Positions 41,861-52,468 of a stretch of DNA of 64,000 bases are shown piece after piece. A model generated the notes under the pieces. The model was given only the letters and a program-made list of their open reading frames with translations, was not told the DNA's origin and did not search any database. Within the stretch, counting starts at the first letter, position 1, and each line of letters opens with the position of its first letter. Source of the DNA: Candidatus Scalinduaceae bacterium (GTDB lineage Bacteria; Planctomycetota; Brocadiia; Brocadiales; Scalinduaceae); the NCBI GenBank assembly GCA_046759445.1, contig JBHICG010000002.1, forward strand, positions 1-64,000. The letters are read 5' to 3'. The position numbers and the translations under genes are program-made.

Positions 41861-44185
41861 TTAAGAATCATCAACTAAAGAAGCCAAATCCTTTGCTGTA
41901 AAATCACATTCGGGGTAATTTGTGCAACCGTAAAACCACATGCGTTTTTTTCCGCGGCGTTGTACTAGATTGCCATTGCATCCCTCACGAGGGCATTTTC
42001 TGTCCGTAGGTATGGCCCTGGCGTTTTTACACTTTGGATAATTTGAACAACCTAAAAATTTGCCCATCCGACTATTTCGTATAACCATGTAACTTCCACA
42101 TTTTTCGCATTTTTCGTCAGTTTTTTGTACTTTGGTTTCGACAACTTTATCACCATCAAGTGACTTTGTGTTTTTGCATTCTGGATAACCGGAACATGCT
42201 AAGAACTTAACGTTTCTATTGAATTTAATAACCATATCTTTGCCACATTTTTCGCATACTTGCCCCGGTTTTTCATGTTGAATAGGCTTCCCATCTGTAT
42301 CCAGAGCTGTCGTATTCTTGCAATCCGGAAATCCCGAACAGCCAAGAAACTTGCCGATTCTACTCCATCTGATTACCATTGGTTTACCGCATACCTGGCA
42401 AGTATATTTGCTCTCTTCAGGCAATTGTTTTACACTGCTCATCTCTATTTTTGCTTTTTCTAAATCAGAACTGAAGTTTTTGTAAAACTCGTTTAAGACT
42501 TTGAGCCAATCTTCATGAGCTTCTTCAATTTCATCCAACTTGTCTTCCATTTGAGAAGTAAATTCTACGTCGAGAATCATGGGAAAGTGTTTAATAAGCT
42601 TTTCTGTGACTAATATTCCTAGTTCAGTCGGATAAAATAAGCGTTTTGTTTGTTTTACATAGCCACGGTTTTGTATGGTTGAAATAATTGCCGCATATGT
42701 GCTTGGGCGACCAATACCTTTTTTTTCCAATGCTTTTACCAAAGTCGCCTCCGTAAATCTAGGTGGTGGTTGAGTGAAGTGTTGGCTTGGAGTGAGCTTG
42801 ATAAGATTCAAAGCTTGATCTTTTTTTAATGTTGGTATATCTTGATCTTGTTTACTTCTCTCCTGATCCGTATATGTCAAGATCGTATGTCCATCAAATA
42901 TTGTCTCTTTACCTCTTGCCTTAAAAATATATTTTTTTATCTCTCCTTTTTTTGGTTTGGCAGTTATTTCTACTTCTGTAATTGAATACTGAGCTGGTTT
43001 TATCTGACTCGCAACAAATCTATCCCATATTAGTTTGTAAAGCTTATATTGATCGACTGTTAAAAATGATTTTATACTTTCTGGTTTTCGTTCTACATAG
43101 GTGGGCCGAATAGCTTCGTGACCAAGCTGTGCTCCTTTTTTTGATATATGAGTCTTTGGTTTAGGCAGCAGGTATTCTTTGCCATATGTTTGTTCGATTA
43201 CTTCACGACATGAGCTTATGGCTTGTTGAGACACACCAAAGGAATCTGTTCTCATGTAAGTAATTAATCCGATAGATCCTTCATCTCCAAGTACAATACC
43301 TTCGTATAATTGTTGTGCTAGCAGCATGGTTTTTTTTGTACTGAATCTTAATCTTATTGATGCCTGTTGTTGCAACAGACTTGTAGAAAATGGAGGTGGT
43401 GCATTGTTAAGTTTAGTGCGCTTTGAAATGTTTGTTACAATATATTCAGCATCTTTTAATACTTCTTCTATTTTTTTTGAATCTTTTTCATTGGTGATTT
43501 CTTTATTTTTGTCATTAATTTTGGATAACTCAGCGACAAAAACTTCCTTTTTGGGCTTGGAAGTGCTTTTTGCCTCAGCATGTATTGGCATAAGTTCGGC
43601 CACAATTTCCCAATATTCTTGAGATTTGAATTCCGTTATCTCTCTTTCTCTTTCTACTATAAGTCTAACAGCTACAGACTGTACTCTTCCAGCACTTAAA
43701 CGTTTAGCGATTTTTTTCCATAGTAGGGGACTTATTTGATAACCAACAATTCTGTCAAGAATCCTTCGTGTTTGTTGTGCGTTGACTTTGTCCATGTTAA
43801 GGGGACCTGGTTCTTTAAAAGCATTTTGAATTGCATCCTTTGTTATCTCATTGAAGGTAACGCGCCTAATCTTGTTTTCTGGTATGCTCAAAGCTTTGCA
43901 CAAATGCCATGCTATAGCCTCACCTTCTCGGTCAAGGTCAGAAGCCAAATAAACAAGGTCTGCTTTTTTAACTTCTTTGCGCAATTTCCCAACTAACTCT
44001 TTTCTAGAAGGGATTATTCGATATTTAGGGATAAAATTATTTTCGATTTCTATACCAAGACTTTTACTGGGAAGGTCTCTGATATGTCCTATTGAAGAAC
44101 GAACAAAATATGATCGACCTAAGAATTTGTTTATAGTTTTGGCTTTTGCAGGTGATTCTACAATTACCATTGATTTTGTAACCAC
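41861..44185 (-). CDS. topA: DNA topoisomerase I
   Basis: IVESPAKAKTI, DREGEAI, SAGRVQS, ITYMRTDS, C-terminal zinc ribbons. Confidence 0.97.
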   Translation of the reverse strand: MVTKSMVIVESPAKAKTINKFLGRSYFVRSSIGHIRDLPSKSLGIEIENNFIPKYRIIPSRKELVGKLRKEVKKADLVYLASDLDREGEAIAWHLCKALSIPENKIRRVTFNEITKDAIQNAFKEPGPLNMDKVNAQQTRRILDRIVGYQISPLLWKKIAKRLSAGRVQSVAVRLIVEREREITEFKSQEYWEIVAELMPIHAEAKSTSKPKKEVFVAELSKINDKNKEITNEKDSKKIEEVLKDAEYIVTNISKRTKLNNAPPPFSTSLLQQQASIRLRFSTKKTMLLAQQLYEGIVLGDEGSIGLITYMRTDSFGVSQQAISSCREVIEQTYGKEYLLPKPKTHISKKGAQLGHEAIRPTYVERKPESIKSFLTVDQYKLYKLIWDRFVASQIKPAQYSITEVEITAKPKKGEIKKYIFKARGKETIFDGHTILTYTDQERSKQDQDIPTLKKDQALNLIKLTPSQHFTQPPPRFTEATLVKALEKKGIGRPSTYAAIISTIQNRGYVKQTKRLFYPTELGILVTEKLIKHFPMILDVEFTSQMEDKLDEIEEAHEDWLKVLNEFYKNFSSDLEKAKIEMSSVKQLPEESKYTCQVCGKPMVIRWSRIGKFLGCSGFPDCKNTTALDTDGKPIQHEKPGQVCEKCGKDMVIKFNRNVKFLACSGYPECKNTKSLDGDKVVETKVQKTDEKCEKCGSYMVIRNSRMGKFLGCSNYPKCKNARAIPTDRKCPREGCNGNLVQRRGKKRMWFYGCTNYPECDFTAKDLASLVDDS

Positions 44186-44469
44186 AGTATACCCTCTTTA
44201 TAAAAGTTTGAAGTTTTAAGACAAAAGAATTGATAATATACCTTAGACAAAGACCAAAAATTAAAACAAAGGTATTCATTAGTGTCAAGGACTTTTATGG
44301 TTGATGCCTTTCTTGTGTACTTTTTTACGTGTTTTAAATCACAAAAATCAAATTTTCTACAAAAAGCAGTTGATAGTTATAACGACGCTTTATATAATCA
44401 AACTTTCACTATTCTGTGGATTATTAACTGGTATTTTATTAAGTATTTTAAAATGTATTAGAGGGTTAT

Positions 44470-46182
44470 ATGCCGGCGACAAATTGGTTTAGAAAGAATC
44501 AGAAAAAACTCTTAGGTATTTTAGTCGTATTTTTGATGGTAATATGGGGAATAGGTCCGGCAGTTGATCTTTTGGTGCCGAAACCTCCTATTGGAGAAAT
44601 CTTTGGTGAAAAAGTATCACAGGAAGAGTTTAATGATACCGTTGTCAGGTGGGCTAGAGTTTTTTTCAGAGACTCTAGGGAACCCGTAGCTGAGCAAGTT
44701 TGGAAACAAATGGCATTATTTCGTCAGGCTGATGAAATGGGTATATTGGTAACTAATGAAGAACTGGCACAAGAAACGCAGAATTGGTTTCCTTTTGACC
44801 CGCAGATCTTTGCTGGCAAAGAGGAATACCGACGCATGCTTGGATCGATATTCCATATGACAGAATATCAGTTTGAAAAGACTTTTAGAGAATATCTCTT
44901 AGCCCAGAAGCTTATGTTCTTTTTAAAAAATTCAGTAAAGATAACCAAAGATGAAGCATTCCAGAGGTATATGAAGGAAAATGAAGAGGTAAAAGTAAAA
45001 TATGCAGCCTTTAAAGCCAAAGATTTTATTAACCATGTTGAAGCCAACGAAGATGAGATTAGGTCTTTTTATGACAAATATAGTGGAAATTTTCCAAATC
45101 CTGAAGAAGGGATCTGGGGTTATAAAGAACCGGAGAAGGTTAAAATAGAATATGTGATGGCGAGGTATGATGTGCTAGAAGAAGTTAATATTACTGATGA
45201 GGAAATGCACAAATATTATGAAGATAATAAGGATGTTATATTCAATGAAGATGTATATAAAGAAGCCATAGATGTATTCAAGGGCACGGAAAAGTCCGAA
45301 GAGGAAAAACCAGATAAAACTTCTATACCAGAATATAAACCGTTTGACGAAGTAAAAGAACGAATAAAAAACACGTTACGGCGTGAAAAAAATGAAGAAT
45401 TAGCGAACAAACGAATTGGTAAAGCTGATAAGTATATCAATGATAATATTGGAAAAGAGATATTTATTAGTTTTCCAAAACTTGCAGCAAAAAACAACCT
45501 GTTGTATATAGTGCCAACAAATCCAGGTGACGGAACAAATTACTTCAGAAAAGACGAATTGAGAAAAGTGATTATAGGCATGGAACAATTACCACAGCTT
45601 GTATCTGAAAGGGACGTAAACGATCCCTCACCACCATTGGGTTCTTTAGAAGGAAAGCTTATATTTCAGGTGCTGGAAAGGCTTGAGCCTAGTTCACCTC
45701 CTTATGAAGAAATCCGTGACAGGGTGGAGGAAGACCTACGTTACTCAAAGGCGTTTAAAAAGGCTGAAACATTTGCAGAAAAATGTATCGATAAGATTAA
45801 ACAAACATCTTTTCAAGAAGGTGTAAAATCTATTCAAGAAGAAACAGGTAAGATAGAAATAGTGGAAACTGATTACTTTAGCAGGCCCGGTATTATTAGT
45901 GAAAATGATTATATCAAGGTTTTGGGTTCCGATAGACCTAATCTTGCAGAAATGGCATTTGATTTGAAAATTGGAGAATCTGCGGTTGCTATAGAAGGAA
46001 AAGGAGAAAAAACATGTTATGTGATAACGTTGGTAGATAGAAAGAAGGTTGATCCAGAAAAATTTGAAGCAGAAAGAGATGCAATAATGAAAGGATACCT
46101 AATTGAAAAGCAATTGGCATTTTTATCTGAGTGGGAATCATGGGTAAATAAAAAAACACGATTAGGAAAAGGTAAAAGCTAA
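44470..46182 (+). CDS. SurA/PpiD-like membrane-anchored chaperone
   Basis: WFRKNQK followed by a TM helix, SurA-N-like region, KPFDEVKERI and PPYEEIRDRV repeats. Confidence 0.75.
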   Translation: MPATNWFRKNQKKLLGILVVFLMVIWGIGPAVDLLVPKPPIGEIFGEKVSQEEFNDTVVRWARVFFRDSREPVAEQVWKQMALFRQADEMGILVTNEELAQETQNWFPFDPQIFAGKEEYRRMLGSIFHMTEYQFEKTFREYLLAQKLMFFLKNSVKITKDEAFQRYMKENEEVKVKYAAFKAKDFINHVEANEDEIRSFYDKYSGNFPNPEEGIWGYKEPEKVKIEYVMARYDVLEEVNITDEEMHKYYEDNKDVIFNEDVYKEAIDVFKGTEKSEEEKPDKTSIPEYKPFDEVKERIKNTLRREKNEELANKRIGKADKYINDNIGKEIFISFPKLAAKNNLLYIVPTNPGDGTNYFRKDELRKVIIGMEQLPQLVSERDVNDPSPPLGSLEGKLIFQVLERLEPSSPPYEEIRDRVEEDLRYSKAFKKAETFAEKCIDKIKQTSFQEGVKSIQEETGKIEIVETDYFSRPGIISENDYIKVLGSDRPNLAEMAFDLKIGESAVAIEGKGEKTCYVITLVDRKKVDPEKFEAERDAIMKGYLIEKQLAFLSEWESWVNKKTRLGKGKS

Positions 46183-46202
46183 GTTCAGGTTAAGAGGCTA
46201 TA

Positions 46203-47150
46203 TTGGATACAATTTTAGGTATTAAAAAATTGCAAAAAAAACTTATTTGGCCGGTTGTTACATTAGGCGTGTTTGATGGCGTACATTTAGGCCACCAGAG
46301 AGTAATAGAAAAAACCGTAAATCTGGCAAATAAAAAGAAAGGGGAATCAATAGTTTTAACTTTCGGTCGTCATCCAAGAAGCATTCTTTCCAAAGAACCG
46401 CAATCATGTATTACATCACTTGAACATAGGTTAGTTTTATTTGAACAATTGGGCGTTGATATAACAGTTGTATTAAAATTTAGTAAAAAAGTCTCAGAAA
46501 CTAGTGCTGAGGATTTTATAACTAGAATAATTTACGGTTGGCTTGGAGCCAAGGTAATTGTGCTTGGTTTTAATTGTTCATTTGGTAAGGATAGAATGGG
46601 TAATGCATCTATGGTTCATGATTTTGCAAACAAGTATGGATTCGAAGTAGTTACCTGTAAACCTGTAGAATCTGAAGGTGAAACAGTAAGCAGTACTGCA
46701 ATACGAAAAAATATTGTTCAAGGGGACTTACAAAAAGCTAAAGGAATGTTGGGAAGACGTGTTTCTGTATTCGGTACTGTTGTTAAAGGTTCTGGTAGGG
46801 GCAAGATGTTAGGATTCCCTACGGCTAACCTTAATCTTCATCATGAGATAAAGCCTCCATCTGGAGTCTATGCTACAAAAGTTTTTTTAAGTGGGAAGGA
46901 GTATGGTGCAATAACTAATGTGGGGAAAAGGCCCACTTTTGGGGAAAACACACGTAGTAGTGAACCTATAGTTGAGGCACATATAGTAGATTTTAATGAA
47001 TCAATTTATGGGAAGGATTTAGAAGTGCAGTTCCTTTTTAAATTAAGAGAAGAAATAAAGTTTGAAAACATTGACGAACTAAAGCAGCAATTAAAACGGG
47101 ATAAAAAGAGATTCACGAATAGGTCTTTCAAAAAGATATTGACAGAATAA
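46203..47150 (+). CDS. ribF: Riboflavin kinase / FAD synthetase
   Basis: GVFDGVHLGHQ, VSSTAIR, GFPTAN, GVYA, NVGKRPTF. Confidence 0.96.
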   Translation: MDTILGIKKLQKKLIWPVVTLGVFDGVHLGHQRVIEKTVNLANKKKGESIVLTFGRHPRSILSKEPQSCITSLEHRLVLFEQLGVDITVVLKFSKKVSETSAEDFITRIIYGWLGAKVIVLGFNCSFGKDRMGNASMVHDFANKYGFEVVTCKPVESEGETVSSTAIRKNIVQGDLQKAKGMLGRRVSVFGTVVKGSGRGKMLGFPTANLNLHHEIKPPSGVYATKVFLSGKEYGAITNVGKRPTFGENTRSSEPIVEAHIVDFNESIYGKDLEVQFLFKLREEIKFENIDELKQQLKRDKKRFTNRSFKKILTE

Positions 47151-47166
47151 GAGCATAGCATACAAT
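47139..47166 (+). promoter_or_regulatory. Putative promoter of tRNA-Phe
   Basis: TTGACA (47139-47144), 16 bp, TACAAT (47161-47166). Confidence 0.55.
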
Positions 47167-47207
47167 GCGTAAGGCTTAATAATTAAACAACTTATAATAG
47201 TTTTTTT

Positions 47208-47283
47208 GGGCAGATAGCTCAGTTGGTAGAGCACGGGACTGAAAATCCCGGTGTGGTCGGTTCGATTCCGACTCTGCCCACCA
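47208..47283 (+). tRNA. tRNA-Phe (GAA)
   Basis: 76-nt cloverleaf, acceptor stem GGGCAGA/TCTGCCC, anticodon loop CTGAAAA, GTTCGATTC T-arm, encoded CCA. Confidence 0.98.
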
Positions 47284-47313
47284 AATCTAAAATATTTTAA
47301 CTTTGCGTTTCTC

Positions 47314-47742
47314 TTTAAAATAGATAAGGCGGTAATATTAAGAAAAGGGGAAGACATTATTCTTGTAGCATGCAGCGCTTTAGTCGCCAATTCCCTAAAG
47401 GCGGCAACAATGTTGTCCGATAAAGGGATAGAAGCTACCGTCGTAAATATGCATACGTTAAAGCCGTTAGATGTAGAAACGTTAGTGCAAGCAGCAAAAG
47501 AAACAGGTGCTATTGTAACGGCGGAACAACATGTTCTTGATGGTGGTTTGGGGAGTTGTGTAGCCGTTGCCCTTGCTAAAGAATATCCGGTGCCAACGGA
47601 GATGATTGGTATAGATAATCGCTTTGGTCAATCGGGTGACCCGGAGATACTCTTTAAAGAGTATCATTTAACTGCTGAAGACATAGTAGATGCGGCGATG
47701 AAGGTAATTAAGAGGAAAAATCAGAATAAGGGAGTGATTTAA
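47314..47742 (+). pseudogene. 5'-truncated transketolase C-terminal subunit
   Basis: FKIDKAVILRKGED..NMHTLKPLD..TAEQH..GGLGS..FGQSG; pyrimidine-binding domain and a credible start are missing. Confidence 0.75.
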
Positions 47743-49032
47743 ATGTCAAAAAGTTGTCTTAATTATATCTGGATAATAATTATAATTTTTTCCTTAAGCT
47801 TATACGACATCCATGCGCAAACAGACCCGAAAACTGATCCGGATACTTATTATCAGAATTTCGAAGAGTTTGTAAAAGTAGTTAAGGAAATACAAAATAA
47901 ATATGTTGATAAAGTGGGTCTGGAAGAATTGCTTAAGAATGCTTACGAAGGGATGCTTGCTGGTTTGGATCCTTATAGTCAATACGTTGATTCAGAGAAT
48001 CTTGAAGAGCTGAAGATTGAGACAGAAGGCGAATTTAACGGTCTGGGTATTGAAGTTGTTATTAAGGATGGTATTTTAACTGTTTTAACACCAATCGTAG
48101 ACTCACCTGCCTTTCGTGCAGGCGTGCTTATTGGAGACAAAATTATAAAAATTGATGATGAATCAACAAGAAATATTTCTATTCGTGAAGCCGTTAAAAT
48201 GCTACGTGATAAACCTCATACGAAGGTTAAGATCACGGTTGTTCATGAGGGAGAGAATGAACCCGTTGATATAACTATTGAACGCGCTAATATTCACATA
48301 AAAAGTGTACGTGGAGCAAAGATAGTTGATAAAGAAAGCAAAATTGGCTACATAGCGGTTAGCAGCTTTCAGGAAAATACTATAAATGACATGGATTCTG
48401 TTATCAAAGATTTAAGAAAACAAGGGTTGGAATCTTTAGTCTTAGACTTGCGATTTAACCCCGGAGGTCTCTTAAATATTGCCGTTGACATGGCGGACAG
48501 ATTTATTAAAAAAGGCGTAATTGTAACTACAAAAGGAAGACATAAATCGCAAGATCATAAATATAAGGCTCACAGATCAAGGACATATCCCAAATTTCCA
48601 TTGATAATATTAGTTAATAATGGGAGTGCAAGTGCCTCGGAAATTGTTGCAGGCGCTATTAAGGACCATAAACGTGGACTTTTATTGGGAACGAAGACCT
48701 TTGGTAAAGGCTCTGTTCAGAGTTTGATTCCAATAGAAAACAGGAATTCTGCCTTAAAGATGACAACTGCCAGATACTATACACCCTCAGGGATTCAGAT
48801 TGATAAAACAGGCATCGAACCAGACATAAAGGTTGACCTCACAAAGGCCGAAGTTAAAGAACTATATACATACCTATCCAGGATTAATGCTAAAGACATA
48901 CGAACAGATAACGGTCAAGAATTTTATAATGATAGTAAGAATAAGGCAAGGTTTGTTGACGTACAGCTCTCCAGGGCAATTGATGTCTTAAAAGGCATAA
49001 GAACTTATGCTAAAACAGCAGGGTCTGAATAG
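47743..49032 (+). CDS. S41 carboxyl-terminal processing protease
   Basis: LDPYS, PDZ GLGIE, LDLRFNPGG, SASASEI, TFGKGSVQ. Confidence 0.95.
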   Translation: MSKSCLNYIWIIIIIFSLSLYDIHAQTDPKTDPDTYYQNFEEFVKVVKEIQNKYVDKVGLEELLKNAYEGMLAGLDPYSQYVDSENLEELKIETEGEFNGLGIEVVIKDGILTVLTPIVDSPAFRAGVLIGDKIIKIDDESTRNISIREAVKMLRDKPHTKVKITVVHEGENEPVDITIERANIHIKSVRGAKIVDKESKIGYIAVSSFQENTINDMDSVIKDLRKQGLESLVLDLRFNPGGLLNIAVDMADRFIKKGVIVTTKGRHKSQDHKYKAHRSRTYPKFPLIILVNNGSASASEIVAGAIKDHKRGLLLGTKTFGKGSVQSLIPIENRNSALKMTTARYYTPSGIQIDKTGIEPDIKVDLTKAEVKELYTYLSRINAKDIRTDNGQEFYNDSKNKARFVDVQLSRAIDVLKGIRTYAKTAGSE

Positions 49033-49144
49033 ACCAAAAACAAGATAAAACAGTTCTGTAAATTTTTAATCATTCCCAGAAGTTGAAGGATAATTCTATT
49101 AATCAAATACACATCTTTGATATTTTCCAGTTTCTTATAAAAAT

Positions 49145-50155
49145 ATGATAATATTGGGCATCGAAACGTCCTGTGACGAAACATCCGCAGCCGTGGTGGA
49201 AGATGGCGTAAAAGTCCTTTCAAATATAGTAGCCTCACAACAAAAACTTCATTCAAGGTTTGGCGGTGTAGTTCCTGAAATAGCATGTCGTGCACATACC
49301 GAAACAATCATATCAGTTATTGACAGCGCTATTATAGAAGCAGATATTAATATTAATGATATAAATGCAATCTCGGTGGCAAACACACCGGGTCTTATCG
49401 GCGCATTATTAATAGGTCTTACCACTGCTAAAATGTTGAGCTGGATATTAAAGATTCCACTCATAACTACCAATCATTTACACGCACATATTTATGCGAG
49501 TAAAATCGAACACAAGGATATTGAATACCCGGCCATAAGCCTTGTCGTATCGGGGGGTCATACAACCTTATTTCTAACGCATAGCGAAACAAAACATACA
49601 CCCGTTGGCGGAACTATAGATGATGCTGCGGGAGAAGCCTTTGATAAGGTTGGCAAAATTTTAGGTTTAGGCTACCCCGCCGGGCCGGAAATTGATAGTA
49701 TTTCCAGAAACGGTAACGAACAGGCAATATCATTCCCACGTTCGTACATGGGAAAGGAATCTCTCGATTTTAGTTTTAGCGGTATTAAGACTGCGGTCTT
49801 ATATCATTGTCTGGGGCAGGATACAAAGCTTGACAGGGCAAAGCCGAAATTAAAAGACCAGGAGATTGCAGACCTTGCAGCAAGTTTTCAGGAAGCGGTT
49901 GTTGACGTTCTGGTAGATAAAACCATTTACGCCGCAACTAAATTTTCTGCTAAAGTAATAGTCCTCGGTGGTGGTGTCGCTTCCAACTCAAGACTTAGAC
50001 AAAAACTTGGAAAAGCGGCAAAGAACCAAGAAATACCACTGTATTATCCTTCAAAAATATTGTGTATGGATAACGCTGCGATGGTAGCAGGGCTGGCATA
50101 CCACAAATATCAAGAAAAAGATTTTGCAGAACTTAATGTTGAGGCAATACCTTAG
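49145..50155 (+). CDS. tsaD: tRNA N6-threonylcarbamoyladenosine synthesis protein TsaD
   Basis: LGIETSCDET, GGVVPEIA, NHLHAH, VSGGHT, DDAAGEAFDK, DNAAM. Confidence 0.97.
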   Translation: MIILGIETSCDETSAAVVEDGVKVLSNIVASQQKLHSRFGGVVPEIACRAHTETIISVIDSAIIEADININDINAISVANTPGLIGALLIGLTTAKMLSWILKIPLITTNHLHAHIYASKIEHKDIEYPAISLVVSGGHTTLFLTHSETKHTPVGGTIDDAAGEAFDKVGKILGLGYPAGPEIDSISRNGNEQAISFPRSYMGKESLDFSFSGIKTAVLYHCLGQDTKLDRAKPKLKDQEIADLAASFQEAVVDVLVDKTIYAATKFSAKVIVLGGGVASNSRLRQKLGKAAKNQEIPLYYPSKILCMDNAAMVAGLAYHKYQEKDFAELNVEAIP

Positions 50156-50157
50156 TT

Positions 50158-50907
50158 ATGGATAGCAACTCTATCAAGAATCTTTTGGAAAAGGTAAAAA
50201 AAGGCGAGCTTACGATAGAAAAGGCATTACGTTTCTTTAAAGATTTTCCATACAAAGACCTGGAATTTGCCAAGGTTGACATCCACCGAACTATTCGCTG
50301 CGGGTTTCCTGAGGTGATTTTCTGCGGCGGTAAGACGCCTTCTCAAGTCTTTAATATTGCCGACCAAATCGTTAAAAACGGAGCAGATTTGCTGGCAACT
50401 CGTGCTAATAAAGAGATTTATGAGTATATTTCTCAGAAATATAAGACTGCGCGATATAATGACATTGCCAAAACAATAGTCATTCGAAAATCACGCCATA
50501 AGAAAAAGAAGGGTCTAGTCTTAATTATAACTGCTGGGACTTCAGACATTCCTGTAGCTGAAGAAGCAAAAGAGACAGCGGAAATAATGGGAAACAACGT
50601 AAAGGTACTTTATGATGTCGGAGTTGCTGGCATTCATCGCCTGCTTAAAAACAAAAAAGATATTTCAACTGCCAGGGTGATTATTGTTGTTGCTGGTATG
50701 GAAGGAGCGCTTGCCAGTGTGGTTGGTGGAATGGTTGATCGCCCCGTCATTGGCGTACCAACAAGTGTTGGATACGGTACAAGTTTTGGTGGAGTTGCTC
50801 CGCTATTGGCAATGCTGAATAGCTGTGCCGCTAACGTTACCGTCGTTAATATTGACAATGGTTTTGGAGCAGCTTATGTTGCGTCACTGATAAATAGTAC
50901 CAAATAG
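50158..50907 (+). CDS. larB: LarB-like (PurE-related) carboxylase
   Basis: FAKVD.HR..R.GFPEVIF, AGTSDIPVAEEA, DVGVAGIHRL, AGMEGAL, VNIDNGFGAA. Confidence 0.9.
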   Translation: MDSNSIKNLLEKVKKGELTIEKALRFFKDFPYKDLEFAKVDIHRTIRCGFPEVIFCGGKTPSQVFNIADQIVKNGADLLATRANKEIYEYISQKYKTARYNDIAKTIVIRKSRHKKKKGLVLIITAGTSDIPVAEEAKETAEIMGNNVKVLYDVGVAGIHRLLKNKKDISTARVIIVVAGMEGALASVVGGMVDRPVIGVPTSVGYGTSFGGVAPLLAMLNSCAANVTVVNIDNGFGAAYVASLINSTK

Positions 50908-51042
50908 TGAGCGATTTACATAGATTTTCGATCAACCCATCAGATGTTAGCTGTGCAAAAATTACGCATTATATACTTCAAAACTTATTGATTCTATGGT
51001 ATAAAACATTAACTAGATTAAAAAATATTGAGTGAGTTCATA

Positions 51043-51477
51043 ATGATGGAAAAGATAAGAAATGATAAAATTTTAATACATAGATTATTGTCAGAAGCGC
51101 GTAAGGTTATAAAGTTTTCTTACTCACCATATTCAAATTTTCGTGTAGGTGCAGCAGTCTTAGATGAAAATGGCAAGATTTACACTGGTTGTAATATTGA
51201 GAATGCATCTTATGGGTTGGCAATCTGTGCAGAAAGGGTTGCTGTATTTAATGCTGTATCCCAAGGAGTTGAGAGAATAAAGGCAATTGCTATATATTGT
51301 GATAAACAGGATTTTTGCTCACCATGCGGTGCATGTAGACAGGTTATTTATGAATTCTCTAAGGATGCAATAGTTATTTTGGGAACTAAGGGAACTGAAT
51401 ATACTATAAAGACAATTGCTGAATTGTTGCCTTTGGGGTTTTGTCCCAAAGATTTAAGGCATCAAAATTTAGATTAA
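51043..51477 (+). CDS. cdd: Cytidine deaminase (homotetrameric type)
   Basis: YSPYSNFRVGAA, GCNIENASY, CAERVA, PCGACRQ, ELLP; ATG 51043/51046 preferred. Confidence 0.93.
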   Translation: MMEKIRNDKILIHRLLSEARKVIKFSYSPYSNFRVGAAVLDENGKIYTGCNIENASYGLAICAERVAVFNAVSQGVERIKAIAIYCDKQDFCSPCGACRQVIYEFSKDAIVILGTKGTEYTIKTIAELLPLGFCPKDLRHQNLD

Positions 51478-51482
51478 AGTCT

Positions 51483-52268
51483 ATGGGAAAGGGTACAAAT
51501 AGAAGGAAGGTGCCAGAGGGATTTGGGGAGGAATTCTGGAAAGGATTTTGGCAAACAATTCAAAGTGTTTTAGAGATAATTAAAATTCTCCCCCTATGGC
51601 AACGTTTACTTGGAATACTTGCTGTTTTTGTCTTCATTATTGTTATTGTTTCTATAATAGCAATCGGTGATAGTACTGTTGTTATAGTCGGTCTTATTAT
51701 TTTTGGTCTCCTTATTTTGGTTTTAGGAGTTGCCAGTTATTTTCCAATTATTAGATTTAAAGCAGTTAAGAAGGAAATGACTAAGTTACCTAAAAACACA
51801 ATTTCTGAGCTCTTAAAAGGTATTACTATAAATGTATCAAGAATATTGAACATCCCAAATGAAAAACTTAGATCCAATATATTTATGCTTGATGAAAATG
51901 ATTATTTAAAAATTCCTAATGGACTCCATTATAACATCGGAACTCCTGTTGAACTTTCAATAAAAATTCCACCAGGGTACGGTAGCACAGGGAATGCATT
52001 TCTCAACAAAGAGCCAACTATTGCAATTCTCAAAGAAGACTGGGGCAAGTATATTCTTGATGATGTGGAAATGCAAAAAGTGGATAAGAACTTAGTGTGG
52101 ATTGTCTCAATGCCAATCCCCTCATCAGGGACTCTTGGTGAGATAATTGGAGTGTTGAATGTAGATTGTCTTAATCTAAAAAAGGGAAGGACTGATCTTG
52201 AAAGAATAGTTGATGACATGTGGTACTGGGTAAACTTAATATCACCCTTATTATTAAGAAAGGAGTAA
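51483..52268 (+). CDS. Two-TM membrane protein with C-terminal GAF-like domain
   Basis: Two long hydrophobic helices, then LRSNIF..IPPGYGSTGNAF..WIVSMPI..IIGVLNVDC (GAF-like strand pattern). Confidence 0.72.
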   Translation: MGKGTNRRKVPEGFGEEFWKGFWQTIQSVLEIIKILPLWQRLLGILAVFVFIIVIVSIIAIGDSTVVIVGLIIFGLLILVLGVASYFPIIRFKAVKKEMTKLPKNTISELLKGITINVSRILNIPNEKLRSNIFMLDENDYLKIPNGLHYNIGTPVELSIKIPPGYGSTGNAFLNKEPTIAILKEDWGKYILDDVEMQKVDKNLVWIVSMPIPSSGTLGEIIGVLNVDCLNLKKGRTDLERIVDDMWYWVNLISPLLLRKE

Positions 52269-52270
52269 CT

Positions 52271-52468
52271 ATGAAGTTGAAGGAAAAAACTCAATCAGAA
52301 CACTCTATAATTTACGTACCAGAGCATTTTGGGAGCAAGTCAATATCGGGGCCGAGCAGTGCTTTCATGGAAACGGTTAAGGAGATAAAAGCCTTAAATT
52401 TTGTTGGAAAATCTACTGATGAATTTATAAATGTATGCAAGCTCAATATTCGCAAAAGCCCGTCTTAG
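52271..52468 (+). CDS. 65-aa hypothetical protein (or frameshifted N-terminus of the next gene)
   Basis: AGGAG RBS 5 nt before ATG 52271; overlaps the next ORF by 34 nt. Confidence 0.5.
   Translation: MKLKEKTQSEHSIIYVPEHFGSKSISGPSSAFMETVKEIKALNFVGKSTDEFINVCKLNIRKSPS

Noticed and set aside
47091..47390. 99-aa minus-strand ORF and the GTG start at 47251
   Set aside because: Both overlap tRNA-Phe
50158..50907. larB directly after tsaD as evidence of a tRNA-modification role
   Set aside because: Adjacency only; other lar genes may be elsewhere in the genome
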